64,000 nucleotides of DNA. It comes from an uncultured Bacillota bacterium (GTDB lineage: Bacteria; Bacillota_I; Bacilli_A; RFN20; CAG-826). The notes below the pieces were generated by a model. That model was given only the letters and a program-made list of their open reading frames with translations. It did not search any database and had not been told where the DNA came from. The DNA lies in the NCBI GenBank assembly GCA_949299565.1, contig OX437086.1, forward strand, positions 949,644-1,013,643. Reading direction: 5' to 3'. A program made the position numbers and the translations under genes. Shown in pieces: positions 9,362 through 18,452 of the stretch; positions within the stretch are counted from its first letter, which is position 1; each line of letters opens with the position of its first letter.

Positions 9362-10512
9362 TTATCGCCTTTATTTCCGTCGCGCGTTCCATAATCTGAA
9401 AGATCCGGCGCACTACTGGATTTCGGAGAATCTATCTCTTTTTGCTCGGCTTTTTCATTATCAACTTTCGTGTCGCCGCGCCCGTAATCATCAGTGCTCG
9501 GAGTCTCCATATCATTTGGATTTTCTCTTTTGCTCTCATCGATTCTTCGTTTCAATTGCTCGGCTTGCTCTTCAGAAATCCTCTGCATCATTTTTAATTG
9601 CTCTAAAGTTTGAAGAGCTAAACGATCGGCCATTGATTTGAAGTTATTAGAGAAATGAGCGAAAAGAACGTCCATCAATTCCAAGTGGTACGGTAAATAA
9701 AAAAGAATGAAGAGAAGCGAGAACGCAATCCCAAAACCCGCAACCGCAAAATAATTGCTTAAAAACAACGTTCCCAAATATGAACCGAGCGCAAATCCGC
9801 CGATCATCAACGGGTATAACGGCCATGCGTGCTTATAATAAGCGCCTCGGTATTTATTCCCAAGCAAGCGAATCGTCATCTGATAAATCTGATTTTGCCC
9901 GCGATTATTGAGTTGTCGGACAGAATTTTTCAAATGCGGAAGCAACATGTTGCGGAACAATAAATGAAGGAAGACAAAGAAGAAAATTCCAATCCGCACA
10001 ATATTTGCAGTTCCATAGAAAAGGCTCAAAGCTTGGTTATTGTTGACGATGTTGATAATCTCGTTGGGGTCAATGTGTTGAATCGCTTCTTGAAGTTCGG
10101 AAATTCCCTCTTGAAAAAGCGGCCAATAAGCGCTGGCAATCAAGACAAAAAAATTCTGATAAACGTAACCGAAAAAGATGCTGAACAAAAGCGCGAATAA
10201 AGCGCTGCGAATAACGCGGTACGAGCCGTAAAAAGGGTGAGAAAAATAGGCGGCGAAAGATCGGAAAAATTCACCCCAAGATATCGTCTTTCCCTTTATT
10301 TTCAAAGTCGAAAGGGATGTTTGAAAAGCGAAAAGTAACGGCAAAATCAAAAATGGAGCCGTAATAAGATAAGTCCAAGGCTGATAAACTCCTAAAATCA
10401 GAAAGGCAGCGAGCATAATGAAAAAGGAAAGAAAAGGTGGCCAAAACCTGACACCGCACTCCTTCAGCTGACTGAAAGATTCTTTCATCAAACCCTTTTC
10501 CTCATTTTCCAT
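9358..10512 (-). CDS. Multi-pass membrane protein with charged C-terminal tail
   Basis: About 6-7 hydrophobic segments and a disordered acidic tail with two DYG motifs. Confidence 0.7.
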   Translation of the reverse strand: MENEEKGLMKESFSQLKECGVRFWPPFLSFFIMLAAFLILGVYQPWTYLITAPFLILPLLFAFQTSLSTLKIKGKTISWGEFFRSFAAYFSHPFYGSYRVIRSALFALLFSIFFGYVYQNFFVLIASAYWPLFQEGISELQEAIQHIDPNEIINIVNNNQALSLFYGTANIVRIGIFFFVFLHLLFRNMLLPHLKNSVRQLNNRGQNQIYQMTIRLLGNKYRGAYYKHAWPLYPLMIGGFALGSYLGTLFLSNYFAVAGFGIAFSLLFILFYLPYHLELMDVLFAHFSNNFKSMADRLALQTLEQLKMMQRISEEQAEQLKRRIDESKRENPNDMETPSTDDYGRGDTKVDNEKAEQKEIDSPKSSSAPDLSDYGTRDGNKGDN

Positions 10513-11146
10513 CTTTTTCTTCCTCCAGCGCTTTCAGTTTCAATTCATGCAAATCCTGAACGGCTTGCCATAGTTCTCGTTGAACAAAAGGTCGGACATT
10601 TTTTGCTTCATAAGTAGAAATAACGCGTTCTAACTTAGAGATCGGCACTAACAAATTCTCTTCATCCTGCGCTTCTAATTGATTGATAAAACAATCGTCA
10701 TTGATCAAAACAATGCCAATCATAAAAGCCGAATTAATTCCGCTGGCGATCGAGAGGCGCTCTAAGGCAAAACGATTCTCGAAAAGAGGATTTATCAAAT
10801 CCAATTTTCGATCGTCTTTCCGATAATTGATCCACCGCTCGTCGTTGAGGCGAACGTTAATCGCGCCTTCAAAATAACGATCAGTAATGACATAAATATA
10901 TTTATCGCCGGCTAAAACGTGGTCAATTGAGAGATAATTATTACCATCAAGACGAACTTTTAAACCGTTTATTAGATAATAATCACCATTTCTAGCAACA
11001 CGCATTACGGCATTATAGAAGGTTTTTGCGAGGTTTTTTCTTTGAATCTCGCGTTTTAAAGGACGATAAAAGAAAAGCAAAAAGAAAAGAACAGCCAAAA
11101 CAATGACGATAAGCGAAAAAATTGTGACCCTGACATTATAGGGCAT
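10502..11146 (-). CDS. Membrane-anchored NERD-like protein
   Basis: N-terminal TM segment; IDHVLAG...YVI...YFEG and NPL..N match the NERD pattern. Confidence 0.7.
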   Translation of the reverse strand: MPYNVRVTIFSLIVIVLAVLFFLLFFYRPLKREIQRKNLAKTFYNAVMRVARNGDYYLINGLKVRLDGNNYLSIDHVLAGDKYIYVITDRYFEGAINVRLNDERWINYRKDDRKLDLINPLFENRFALERLSIASGINSAFMIGIVLINDDCFINQLEAQDEENLLVPISKLERVISTYEAKNVRPFVQRELWQAVQDLHELKLKALEEEKDGK

Positions 11147-11148
11147 TA

Positions 11149-11871
11149 TCAGGCAAACCTTTCCGCCAAAGCAATCGCTAAACTTACCATTTGCGAGAGG
11201 CCTTCTTGCCGCTCGGCACTATTAAGATGTGTATCATGTGAGAAAGAATCGGTGACCGTTAGAAGCGCCAAAGCCTTCTTCCTTAACTCGCTGGCAATCT
11301 GAAATAAAGCGTAAGATTCCATCTCGACGCCTAAGACCCCTAAATCACGCCATTTATCAGCGGTGCGGGGATCGTGATCATAAAAGATGTCCGCGCTTAA
11401 AATATTTCCGACTTGGAAAGGCAATTTCCGTTCACGCGCAATTTTCACAGCTTCCTCGAGTAGCGAAAAAGATGATAAGGCACTATATGTCGCTCCCCTT
11501 AAATCCCATTGACTCATCCAATTGCTATCAGTTGAAGCGCCTTGCGCAATTACAAGATCTTTGAGTTGAACATCTGAAAGATAAGTTCCCATCGTGCCGA
11601 TTCGAATCAAGGATTCAACTCCATAATAAGTGAACAATTCGCGAGCATAAATTCCGATTGAAGGCATCCCCATTCCAGAAGACATCACTGAGATCCTTTT
11701 ATGTTTGTCTTTACTATAACCAGTGTAGGCAAGTTCACCACGCACATCATTAATCAAACGAAAACCATCTAAATAATTCTCTGCAATCCAACGAGCTCTT
11801 AAAGGATCGCCCGGTAATAAAACAACTTTCGCAAAATCGCCTTTTTCTGCTGCAATATGATGTGTCGCCAT
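11149..11871 (-). CDS. deoD: Purine nucleoside phosphorylase (DeoD type)
   Basis: LPGDPLRA, GMGMPS, IRIGT and VEMES motifs. Confidence 0.93.
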   Translation of the reverse strand: MATHHIAAEKGDFAKVVLLPGDPLRARWIAENYLDGFRLINDVRGELAYTGYSKDKHKRISVMSSGMGMPSIGIYARELFTYYGVESLIRIGTMGTYLSDVQLKDLVIAQGASTDSNWMSQWDLRGATYSALSSFSLLEEAVKIARERKLPFQVGNILSADIFYDHDPRTADKWRDLGVLGVEMESYALFQIASELRKKALALLTVTDSFSHDTHLNSAERQEGLSQMVSLAIALAERFA

Positions 11872-11883
11872 TCTTTTACCTCA

Positions 11884-12390
11884 CTAGTCTATATCTATCG
11901 TATAAGTTCCGCTTAAAACATCAATAAAAGAACGATGAGAGTCACTGCAAATGATAATAAAGAATTCCATAACCGCGTAAAGTCCGCATGTAAAAATAAA
12001 AAGAAGGAAGGAGGTCATTGAGCGAACCAAAAGAGATTTAAAACTCACATTTTTCCCTTCTTCATTCACCAGTCGCATTCTAAAAAAACGCAATCCCAAA
12101 GTTTGGCCATGACTGACATAAGGAAGGAACAAAAAATAAGCGATAACAACGATGGCGATCACCGCTCCACTCGCAAACATCGAAAGGAAAACAGAAAAAG
12201 TTCGCCAAGCAGAAGGCTCAGCCAACGCATGAATAAAAACGACTAAAGCTGGCAGTAGCAAAATAATTGAGGCCAAAATCATCACGGCCAAGTCAAAAAG
12301 AGCAGCCACAATTTTGTGAGATGGGCTTGCGGTTTCGCTTAAAAGCGGTCCTCTGATTTCCCGCATTAAAGAACTCTTTTTTTCTTCCAT
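11884..12390 (-). CDS. RDD-family membrane protein
   Basis: GQTLGLR and ...D.LSGT RDD motifs plus TM segments. Confidence 0.8.
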   Translation of the reverse strand: MEEKKSSLMREIRGPLLSETASPSHKIVAALFDLAVMILASIILLLPALVVFIHALAEPSAWRTFSVFLSMFASGAVIAIVVIAYFLFLPYVSHGQTLGLRFFRMRLVNEEGKNVSFKSLLVRSMTSFLLFIFTCGLYAVMEFFIIICSDSHRSFIDVLSGTYTIDID

Positions 12391-12436
12391 CAAAAAAAGA
12401 TTACCACTACTTATCCTTTTCTAAAAGAAAAGAAAA

Positions 12437-14221
12437 TTAGGAAACAGTGACAGATTTTGCTAAATTACGTGGGAAATCAATCGGTCGCTTTAAAAGAAGC
12501 GATAAATAATAAGAGAGATATTGCGCAAACAAAGCAGCCGGGAAGAAATCCAAAAGGTGATATGGCGTTTCGGGTAAAATGAACGCATCGCTTTTTTCGG
12601 CTAAATTAGAAGAACTGACTGTATAAATTTTAGCTCCTCGAGCGCGTAATTCTTGTAAGTTACTGCGGAACGGCAAATGAAGTCTTTCTTCCAAATCAAA
12701 GGCAATGATTGGTACCCCTTCTTCGAGAAGGGCAATCGGTCCATGCTTGAATTCGCCAGACGCATAACTTTCAGCGTGAACATAGGCTACTTCCTTAATT
12801 TTTAAGGCTGCCTCTCGACTCAAAGCTTCCCCAATCCCTTTGCCGACCAAATATAAGTCTCGATGATCGAGAAGCTGTTCAGCAATTTTTTTGATCTCTT
12901 CTCGCTGTTCCTTTACCATTTTCAAATTTGAAAAAAGAGAATCGGAAAAAGCCTCAGGCAGTTTATCGTCATGAATTTGATAAGCTAAAAGGAAAAGGGT
13001 ATAAACTTCGGCTAAATAACTTTTGGTGGAGGCTACAGCCCGTTCGCTTCCAGCCATAAGTGGCAAAGTATAATCGGCTAAAAACGTCATTGCCGAAGCT
13101 GGCTTATTGACAAGCGCAACTTGCTTATAGCCTTCTCTTTGCACGATTTTGGCTAAGCGAATCAAATCGGCAGTTTCGCCTGACTGCGAAAGGAAAAAGA
13201 AAAACGGATGAGATGATTTCTTGGGAAAAGGGTCTTCAACTTCGCTTGCAAGAATGACTTCAACGCGAGTTTCCGGGAGCAAAATCTTAAAAAAGTGTTG
13301 AGCCGCCAAACAAGCGTGATACGAGGAACCACACCCCCCTAAAACGATGCAGTCAGTGTTTCGTGCTTCTTCTAATAAGGACTCAGAGAGGTGAGCATCG
13401 TGCCCGTAAGATGCTGTTAGACGTTCAAGAGTCGGAATCCCTTCTTCAATTTCTTTGAGCATGAAGTGCGGATATTTTCCTTTTCCTTCATTGCTCAAAA
13501 GCCCTTCTAAATCTTGTTTCGGGAAGTCATCTAAATTCACTTCTTCTCCGTTTCGATAAATCAAACATTTATTGTGTCCTAAAACGCCGTAAACGCCATC
13601 GGGAAGCGCATAAGACACTTGTGCGCCCAAAGTCACTAGAGCCTCAACATCAGAGGCTAATAAATAATCATCTTCGCGCGGTGAAAGATATAAGGAGCTG
13701 CCCTGCTTCGCAAAAAAGATATCCGATGAGCCGTTGAACATGATCGCGAGAGCAAACGATCCTTCTAATTCGTGAAAAAGAGCCTTTAAAGCATCGAGAG
13801 GAGCCGTTCCTTTCATAAGATGCTCCTCTAAAATATCCGCGACTATTTCGCTATCGGTGTCTCCGTAAAAGGAATAACCCTCTTCTTCAAAATGCGCTCT
13901 CCAAGAATCGGCGTTGTCGATAACTCCGTTATGAACAAGGCAAACTTTTTTATTGAGCGAAAGATGTGGGTGAGCGTTTGGAAGAGAAGGTTTTCCGTGT
14001 GTTGCCCAGCGATTGTGAGCAATCAACGCTTTGACATTTCCTTCAACATTAAGGCGCAATTTTTTGACGCCTCCAACGGCTTTTTGAATATTGAAATGTC
14101 CGTCATCCATTAAAAAAGCCACGCCACAAGAATCATACCCACGATATTCTAAGGCACTCAATCCTTTGATAACTTCGTTTTTTGGATCAAGCGGCTTTGT
14201 TAAAGCAATGATTCCACACAT
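12437..14221 (-). CDS. glmS: Glutamine--fructose-6-phosphate aminotransferase
   Basis: Starts MCGII (ATG 14221 overlaps the glmM stop); EYRGYDS, SQSGET, VASTK and PRNLAKSVTV motifs. Confidence 0.95.
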   Translation of the reverse strand: MCGIIALTKPLDPKNEVIKGLSALEYRGYDSCGVAFLMDDGHFNIQKAVGGVKKLRLNVEGNVKALIAHNRWATHGKPSLPNAHPHLSLNKKVCLVHNGVIDNADSWRAHFEEEGYSFYGDTDSEIVADILEEHLMKGTAPLDALKALFHELEGSFALAIMFNGSSDIFFAKQGSSLYLSPREDDYLLASDVEALVTLGAQVSYALPDGVYGVLGHNKCLIYRNGEEVNLDDFPKQDLEGLLSNEGKGKYPHFMLKEIEEGIPTLERLTASYGHDAHLSESLLEEARNTDCIVLGGCGSSYHACLAAQHFFKILLPETRVEVILASEVEDPFPKKSSHPFFFFLSQSGETADLIRLAKIVQREGYKQVALVNKPASAMTFLADYTLPLMAGSERAVASTKSYLAEVYTLFLLAYQIHDDKLPEAFSDSLFSNLKMVKEQREEIKKIAEQLLDHRDLYLVGKGIGEALSREAALKIKEVAYVHAESYASGEFKHGPIALLEEGVPIIAFDLEERLHLPFRSNLQELRARGAKIYTVSSSNLAEKSDAFILPETPYHLLDFFPAALFAQYLSYYLSLLLKRPIDFPRNLAKSVTVS

Positions 14222-15567
14222 TAGCACACCCCCCCCACTTCAAGTTCGTGCTCAAGAAAATCCTTTGTTGCTTGAAGCGCTTTTTCATCTTCAGCTTCAA
14301 GCAAAATTCTAAGCAATGGCTCCGTCCCGCTTGCCCGCACAAAAACACGCCCGATACCACGCAAACGATTCTCTAATTCGGTCACTAATTCAATGTATTT
14401 TTTGCTATTGACGTACGCATTTAAAGCATCGCGATTTATAAACGGGAAATTCAATAACAATGCTGGATATTTTTTATAAGCTAGAGCTTCCTTGATTAAG
14501 TCGGGCCGTTCATTGGCAATCCGCATAAAAAATAACGACGAAAGCAAACCATCGCCTGTCGGCAGTTCATCTTCAATGATGATATGCCCCGATGATTCCC
14601 CGCCTAAACTCAAATGGTCGCGCGATAATGCGGCTTGAACATTTTTATCTCCAACGTCTACGCATTGATAAGAGATTTCGTTTTTTTTCAAAGCCTTAAG
14701 AAAGCCTAAATTCGCCATCGAGGTCGTGACTATTTGATTAGCTTGTAGTTTATTTTTTTCTTTAAGATAAAGCGCGTATAAAAAAATAAGACGATCGCCA
14801 TCAAATTCTTGACCATCGTTATTAAAAGCTAAAAAGCGATCGCCGTCGCCGTCATAAGAAAGTCCATAAGCGTACTTCCCGCTCTTTAAACCTTCTAACA
14901 ATCCTTGAGGGTGAAGGGAACCGCAGTTGCGATTTATATTGAGACCATCGGGTTGATTATTAATTACTTCAAAGGGAATCCCAAGTCTCTTAAAAACGCT
15001 GGGTGCAACTTCTGACATTGCACCGTTTGCAGTATCGATATAAACAGGAGCTAGCGTCTTATTGAGCACAAAATGATGTTTGAGCAACCATTCGTAATAG
15101 GGCTCGCAAAGCGTCTTTTGAGTTTCCAAACGCCCAATATTGGCATCCGTAGCTAAAACACCAGGCTCTTCCAATTCCATTAAATTTTCAAGAGCGCGTT
15201 CCTCATTATCACTGATTTTAGTTCCCTTTCCTGAAATGACTTTAAGTCCGTTGTCGCTGAAAGGGTTATGAGAGGCGGAAATCACAACTGCAAAATCGGC
15301 ATGGTAATAAATGGCCGAATAAGCAATTCCCGGAGTCGGAAAAACTCCTAAATCGTAAACGTCAACTCCGCGCGACAAAAGCCCCCCGATCAAAGACGAG
15401 GAAAGCATCGGTGAAGAAAGACGCGTATCACGCCCGACAATTACGAGTCCTCGTTTATTGCGAATAAGAGTCGACAAAGCGGCGCCGAGCCGATAGGCAT
15501 GCGTGGAGGTCAATTCATCGTTGGCGGCACCCCTTATTCCGTCAGTTCCAAAATATAACTTTTTCAT
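14221..15567 (-). CDS. glmM: Phosphoglucosamine mutase
   Basis: FGTDGIRG, ISASHNP, DGDGDR, GGESSGH and RASGTEP motifs. Confidence 0.95.
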   Translation of the reverse strand: MKKLYFGTDGIRGAANDELTSTHAYRLGAALSTLIRNKRGLVIVGRDTRLSSPMLSSSLIGGLLSRGVDVYDLGVFPTPGIAYSAIYYHADFAVVISASHNPFSDNGLKVISGKGTKISDNEERALENLMELEEPGVLATDANIGRLETQKTLCEPYYEWLLKHHFVLNKTLAPVYIDTANGAMSEVAPSVFKRLGIPFEVINNQPDGLNINRNCGSLHPQGLLEGLKSGKYAYGLSYDGDGDRFLAFNNDGQEFDGDRLIFLYALYLKEKNKLQANQIVTTSMANLGFLKALKKNEISYQCVDVGDKNVQAALSRDHLSLGGESSGHIIIEDELPTGDGLLSSLFFMRIANERPDLIKEALAYKKYPALLLNFPFINRDALNAYVNSKKYIELVTELENRLRGIGRVFVRASGTEPLLRILLEAEDEKALQATKDFLEHELEVGGVC

Positions 15568-15603
15568 CGATCAATTTCTTTTCAATATTTTAGACATTAT
15601 CAA

Positions 15604-16458
15604 TTATTCATTCGTGTTTGTTAAGGAATTATTTTCTTCCTCTGGCGACTCATAATTCATGTCGTCCTCGAAAACACGCAAGAAATTATCGGGAGTTACT
15701 GGAGTCAAATCGCCCATGAAAGCAATTGAAATTCGTCCCGTTTCCTCCGAAACAACAATTGTCACAGCATCGGAATTTTCACTGATGCCAATAGCAGCTT
15801 GATGACGCGAGCCATATTTGCCTGTTAACGGCCGTTCAGTGGAAACAAAGAAAACGGAAGCACGAAGTATTTTATCGCCTTTGACGACTATTGCTCCATC
15901 GTGAAGTCTCGTTCCTTCGTAAAAAATCGTCTCCACCAATTCCGGAACGAAAGGGGCATTAATATCGACGCCTCGTTGACGAACGATGCTCCCGATTTTT
16001 GTTTCATCGAGAATGTTGTCCTTGCGCATGAAGGTGATGAGGGCGCCTCTTTTAAGACGCGACATGTCAAGGACTGCGCGATAAACGTTTTGTAAAAGAG
16101 CTTCACGGTCAAAAAGCTCCTCGGGTTGAACGCCTTTGTTTCTCTTTAAAAAGGAAATGAGCGATGGATTTTTAGCGTTTTTCCGTGCGGAAATAAATGA
16201 ACGAAATTCGCTCATATTCGCAAAAAGAAATAAGAAAGTTGAGAGGAAACTGACAGTTAAAAAGATCCAAAAAAGATAGGAATAGATAAACCCGTTCAAC
16301 AAATGAAAATGCAAAGCTAGAAAAACGATGGCTAGAGCATCACTGATACCGACGATTAAAAGAGGAATCAGGCGATTAACAAGCCGAGCCAAAAGAGCGC
16401 CGAGAGCCAAAAATACAAGAATGACAAAAATATAAGTAACAATCTGAGCCGCTAACAT
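15604..16458 (-). CDS. cdaA: Membrane diadenylate cyclase
   Basis: Three N-terminal TM segments; LHDGA, GSRHQAA and VSEETG; directly upstream of glmM; start chosen at the TAATG overlap. Confidence 0.88.
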   Translation of the reverse strand: MLAAQIVTYIFVILVFLALGALLARLVNRLIPLLIVGISDALAIVFLALHFHLLNGFIYSYLFWIFLTVSFLSTFLFLFANMSEFRSFISARKNAKNPSLISFLKRNKGVQPEELFDREALLQNVYRAVLDMSRLKRGALITFMRKDNILDETKIGSIVRQRGVDINAPFVPELVETIFYEGTRLHDGAIVVKGDKILRASVFFVSTERPLTGKYGSRHQAAIGISENSDAVTIVVSEETGRISIAFMGDLTPVTPDNFLRVFEDDMNYESPEEENNSLTNTNE

Positions 16459-16958
16459 TATTCGCTCTCCTCTCTTTTCCAACGATGAGCGAAACGCGAA
16501 GCTGCGCTCGCTGCAATCGCACCGACGACATCATCTAAAAAAGTATTGCACCTTCCGGTGTTTTTTCCTTCTCTATTAATTTTTTTGATGATTCCGTATT
16601 TCTTTTTGTCAATGAATCCGAAATTTGTGAGAGCAATAGAGCCGTAAGTGTTGCAGATTCCATACGCCAAAACTTCATCGGAACCGAAAAGCGCCTCATC
16701 GCGCATCAAAGCATCAGTGAGATATTTATCGCTCATTTTTCCTTCTTCAGCGCACTTATCTAATTCGATAGCCGTCATTACGGCATATTGTGTTTCTCTT
16801 TTGCTTAAAACAGCCCGCACTGATTCCTCAAGCTCTTCGGCAGTCAAATCAACATGGTAATCAGCCTGCAAATAACGGGCACAATCGGCAATATCTTCAA
16901 GACGAACGCCTCTTTCCTCTAATATTTGTAGGCAGTGTTCCAAAAAATCATCCGGCAT
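16458..16958 (-). CDS. Phosphatidylglycerophosphatase A family (YutG-like)
   Basis: DEVLA, YGSIALTNFGFIDK and NTFLDD..GAIAASAASR motifs. Confidence 0.85.
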   Translation of the reverse strand: MPDDFLEHCLQILEERGVRLEDIADCARYLQADYHVDLTAEELEESVRAVLSKRETQYAVMTAIELDKCAEEGKMSDKYLTDALMRDEALFGSDEVLAYGICNTYGSIALTNFGFIDKKKYGIIKKINREGKNTGRCNTFLDDVVGAIAASAASRFAHRWKREESE

Positions 16959-17222
16959 TTTATTTCTCCATATCCTAAAGGATATCACCAGTTTTTAAAG
17001 CATAAAAGCACACAAAAAACACTTTTTATAATAACTGCGCAAAACGCGCTTCTTTTATGAAAAATTTATAAAATATCTTTGAATAATGAAGTTTTTAAGA
17101 AAAACATAACGAAAATGTACTAATTGAATTTATCAAGCAGTTCCTTAATGTCTATTCTTTCTTAAGAAATTTGCCCAAAATGCATATTAGTTTGCGGCCA
17201 AAATCATATTTTAAACAAAAAA

Positions 17223-17239
17223 TGCCGATATAATCGGCA
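17223..17239 (-). terminator. tRNA terminator, TGCCGAT/ATCGGCA stem (copy 1)
   Basis: 7-bp stem followed by a T-run, 10 nt after the CCA of tRNA-Gly(CCC). Confidence 0.75.
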
Positions 17240-17249
17240 GTTTAGTCAA

Positions 17250-17323
17250 TGGAGCACCTGGCGGGAATCGAACCCGTGTAGCCAGCTTGGGAAGCTGGTG
17301 TTCTACCATTGAACTACAGATGC
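17250..17323 (-). tRNA. tRNA-Gly(CCC)
   Basis: GCATCTGTAGTTCAATGGTAGAACACCAGC-TTCCCAA-GCTGG...TCCA. Confidence 0.93.
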
Positions 17324-17369
17324 AAGTCAACGCATGCAATTATAAATAATTAGCACGCGTTGTCTAGTT

Positions 17370-17627
17370 TCAGTCTTTGCGAATTTTGCCAGAAACACCA
17401 TGAAGACGGTATGAGGCATTTTGTTTTTCTGACATTTCTTTAGCGAACGCTAATGCTTCCTTTTGCGTCTTGAAAAATTTAAGAGCTTTCTCGCCGTTTC
17501 CGAGTTTTACCTGCCACATATTTTTGTCTTTACGCTGCGTGACATGATACACCTTCGCGCTGCTCTTCTTTTTGTTCTCTTCGCTTTCGTTGACCTTTGT
17601 TTCTTTCACCACTTCTTTTTTTGCCAT
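17370..17627 (-). CDS. Small basic DUF2188-like protein
   Basis: YHV...WQVK..G..KA.K.F.TQ.EA...A......LH...GKI pattern; SD AGGTGG. Confidence 0.75.
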   Translation of the reverse strand: MAKKEVVKETKVNESEENKKKSSAKVYHVTQRKDKNMWQVKLGNGEKALKFFKTQKEALAFAKEMSEKQNASYRLHGVSGKIRKD

Positions 17628-17733
17628 AATCGCACCACCTTTTTAATATTCTACCAGCAATTGATGACAAAATGAGTTTTTCTACAAAATAAATAAAAAA
17701 CGGACTTCAAATCGAAATCCGGAAACTATCAAT

Positions 17734-17809
17734 TGGTGGGTACCAAGAGGATCGAACTCCTGACCTTCTGTACGTCAAACAGATGCTCTCCCAGCTGAGC
17801 TAGGTACCC
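17734..17809 (-). tRNA. tRNA-Val(GAC)
   Basis: GGGTACCTAGCTCAGCTGGGAGAGCATCTGT-TTGACGT-ACAGA...ACCA. Confidence 0.93.
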
Positions 17810-17929
17810 ATCGCCTTGCTATTCTAGACACTTTTAAATGAATAGACAAGTAAAAGAAAAGATTATTTGCAAGTTAGAAATATCTCTCTATCTACTTGCA
17901 AAATATTTTTGCTCTGCGCGTCTCCCTGC

Positions 17930-17986
17930 TTGACATCTAAAAAGAAACAAGTACCATCTCTCCGGTGATATCTCACCCGGTGAGTT
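17930..17986 (+). promoter_or_regulatory. marR-ABC promoter with palindromic operator
   Basis: TTGACA (17930)-16 nt-TACCAT, followed by overlapping palindromes GGTGA-tatc-TCACC and CTCACC-c-GGTGAG. Confidence 0.65.
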
Positions 17987-17999
17987 AAATTTTAAATTT

Positions 18000-18452
18000 A
18001 TGAATAACATCGTCGAAATTTATAGCAAAAAAATTGCAAGAATCGGGAGGGCTCTAGCTTCACTCCCTCACGATCATCGAATCTTGGGCTTTGGGCAAGG
18101 TCAAAACGTTATTTTGTTCGCTCTTGAAAGAAGCGAGAACGGGTTGTCGCCAGGTGAATTATCACACCTATTGAATGTCGGAAGCGGAAGGATTGCTAAT
18201 GTTCTTTTGGCATTTGAAAAAGCTAATCTGATAACTCGAGAAGTTGATCAACGCGATCGTCGGAAAACAATCGTAAAAATCACAGAATCAGGAAAAAAAT
18301 ACGCTTCGTCTCAAAAAGAAACGTTTGAGCGATTCGTACAAACTGCTGTTGAAACTCTTGGCGATGAAAATTTCAGTCTCTTCCTCGACTTATATGGGAA
18401 ACTAGCTGAAAAAATGGTTGAGATGAAATTGAAGGAGGAAAGATATGTTTAA
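18000..18452 (+). CDS. MarR-family transcriptional regulator
   Basis: Winged HTH with LITREVDQRDRR; overlaps the ABC gene start. Confidence 0.9.
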   Translation: MNNIVEIYSKKIARIGRALASLPHDHRILGFGQGQNVILFALERSENGLSPGELSHLLNVGSGRIANVLLAFEKANLITREVDQRDRRKTIVKITESGKKYASSQKETFERFVQTAVETLGDENFSLFLDLYGKLAEKMVEMKLKEERYV

